NCBI GenBank assembly: GCA_016748015.1
Contig: JAAOMT010000072.1
Location: 7,040 to 71,039, forward strand
From: Geosiphon pyriformis uo1
Lineage: Eukaryota; Fungi; Glomeromycota
DNA length: 64,000 nt
Reading direction: 5' to 3'
Below, piece after piece: positions 61,800-64,000 of this stretch (its first letter is position 1; each line of letters starts with the position of its first letter). The position numbers were made by a program, and so were the translations under genes. The notes under the pieces were generated by a model. It did not search any database, had not been told where the DNA came from, and was given only the letters and a program-made list of their open reading frames with translations.

Positions 61800-63960
61800 A
61801 AGTGGTCACACGTGGTTGATACCTGTGTGTGTCAACCGTTCTGGCTAAGCTGGAGCTCTTGAGTGTTCCAATCTAGTGTTGCATTGGTTTTGGACAGCCA
61901 GTCATTCCCAATAAGTGCTTGGTATTGAGTGGCTTCCATGATGAGTACTTTAATTGGTACTATGATGCTGTTGACTTCTATAGAGAAATTATCAATCTCT
62001 TCAATGGGTGTTTTGATTGCTCCATTGGCTGTAATAATTCTGGTGCTAGCAGCATGATTAACTCAGTGACCTAATTGATCCATGAGTTGTCTTGTGATAA
62101 TGCTGCCAGCTGATCCACTATCTAGGATCAGTTTGATGAAGTGACCATCAACTTTCACATCAGTGTATATTGTGGTGATGAGTTTCTTTTCAAGTGCTGT
62201 TCCACTAAACAAAGGTGAGTTGATGGTTTCTTCCAATTCGAAAAGAAAGATGGCTGTGAGAGATTTGTTTTTGGTGACCGTTGCTGGTAGAATATTGTTG
62301 GGAAGTGTTGCTTGAAGTGGGTTGGATTCCGAGTTGTTGGTGGTGGGATAATCAGAAGACTTAAATAGTTCTGGGAATTCGGGTTTTGAGTGAAACTGGT
62401 ATCTGGATTCCACTGTCGAGAGCCTGATGGTTGATGAGAGGAGCTGGGGATCAGTTGATGAACAACCATCACTGATCTCCAGTTTTAAGTAATTCTAAGT
62501 CTTGGGTTTCCTGATGTTATTTGAGTGGGGTTTTGGAGTGGTGTTTGAATTGGTTGTTGGAGCTGATAAATTATTTGGGGCTGTGGCTGATAAATTTCCG
62601 GTGGCTGCAGTTGATAAATTGGAGATTAATATACTGGCAGTTGATAGATTGATTGCTGCATCATTGGCAGGTAAGTGGTTTGATATTGGTCTTGATTTGA
62701 GTAGTGATTCTGAGTCTGAAATCTGCAATCAGGGTTTTGATATTGATTTTCTGATTGTGAATTGTTGCTATAAAATTGACAGTCGGCTCTAATGTGATCT
62801 TGTTTACCACAGTTGTAGCAAACACACGTTTCTGGCTGCCATGGCTGATTGATAGAGGATGATGAACGTGATCGATTTGGAAAACGATTCATGTTTCCTG
62901 AATTATTGTGTCATTGGAGTGGTTGATAGATTGCATGATTGTCCACTAAGTATCCCTCTATTTTCTGATTGATTGTATTACTAAATTGTTTTAGTTTGGA
63001 ATCCAAGTCAGATGATCTGTTTATTACTAGATTAACAACTTGGGCATGATTGGCTTCAGACTTAGCAGATTTAAAATCTCTGGCGTGTGTAACTGTATCT
63101 TGAAAGATGTCTGGATGTAATGGACATACATGTTGTAAGATACTGCTGCACAGGCCATGGATAAACTGGTTAAGGATTTGTGGTGCTGTAAAATAGTTAG
63201 TGTCAATTGCTTGGATTTGGCGCAGATTTTGATGGAAGCGTCCCATGTAAGTAGTGACTGCTTCTGTTTCTTCTTGCTTTATAGTACTGAATGTATTGGC
63301 TAACCAGTTGATACAGTTATTGTTGCTAAAGTATCTTAAAAATTCCACTTTGAAGACATTGAAGTCTTGTGGTTTATTAATCAAGCTCTGATACCACAAA
63401 TTGGTGGTATCCTTGAAAAAGTAGGGAATGGCTTGTATTGCTCAGGTGTCATTTCATTCATTGGCTGCAATAGTTTTTTCCACATCATTCAGCCTTATCT
63501 GAGCATCATTCTCTTCACTAGTGAAATTGTCAAGTTTTGTGATTGGTGCATAGGCCATTGGATCTAAGTTGGATTGTTGTGGTGGCTGTTGAAGCGGTTG
63601 TTGTTGCACAGATTGTTGGGGTGGTAGTTGAAGTAACTGCTATACAAATTTGGCTATTGGATTAATTGGTGGTTGATCAATAACAATTACTGGAAGTAAG
63701 TTTTGTTGATTTATTAAATCGGGGTTTCGATTATCCTGAATTGGCAATGTCTGAATATTCAGAGTTTTGATTTCCAGATTTTCTGGATTTAGGTTTTGCT
63801 GTGTTTGAGAATTTGGGGTTTCAAATTCCGGGTTTTGGTAAGTGAATTCTTGATCTTCAGCTTTTTCTTCTTCCTCTTTTTCTGATTCCGTTACTTCCCA
63901 TGGATCAGAAATTCCGAAATCTGGGGGAGGCAGTGGCGATCGGAGTCCTGATGACATTGA
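61800..63960 (-). pseudogene. Gag + protease, family C2
   Basis: WYQSL...EFLRYF, QILNQFIHGL, CCHC knuckle, LILDSGSAGSII and LIGNDWL. Confidence 0.88.
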
Positions 63961-64000
63961 TGATCACGAGTTAAATCCTTCAAAATATGTACTATATGGC

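Larger units (their letters stand above)
55279..64000 (-). mobile_element. Gypsy family C copy C2 (gag to 3' LTR 55279-56150; 5' end beyond the window)
   Basis: TG...CA LTR and PPT aaaaggaggaaataa (56151-56165). CYNCGKQDHIRADC, LILDSGSAGS, dUTPase, YLDD, integrase ORF 57109-57939 and ORF3. Confidence 0.93.

Noticed and set aside
62495-62660. 24-bp NLS(T/A)-type repeats in family C gag
   Set aside because: This is an ordinary low-complexity linker between the zinc knuckle and protease.

Overview
This window is eukaryotic, AT-rich and CpG-depleted, and consists almost entirely of nested, mostly decayed retrotransposons. I find no host gene, RNA gene or CRISPR array. The proteins resemble elements I recall from Glomeromycotina fungi such as Geosiphon, but that assignment is unverified. 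Three Ty3/gypsy-type LTR families are present. Family A has about 7 pieces plus 2 solo LTRs, family B has one full copy, and family C has two partial copies plus an LTR fragment. There is one full-length APE-RT-RNaseH LINE (12870-23131). There are also four copies of a ~2.4 kb non-LTR element that encodes only an ORF1-like RRM-RRM-CCHC protein, ends in poly(A), makes long TSDs and shares its last ~150 nt with the LINE. This looks like an autonomous/non-autonomous (HAL1-like) pair and is the strongest candidate for an undescribed system. The LTR elements are also unusual. Integrase appears to be a separate ORF in all three families, and a shared extra ORF runs from after integrase into the 3' LTR. 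Families B and C carry a Cys-rich domain plus dUTPase between protease and RT, and family A has a UUUAAAC + hairpin -1 frameshift signal. A clean 5.5 kb inversion (28270-33784) splits three elements. All alignments and coordinates were read by eye.
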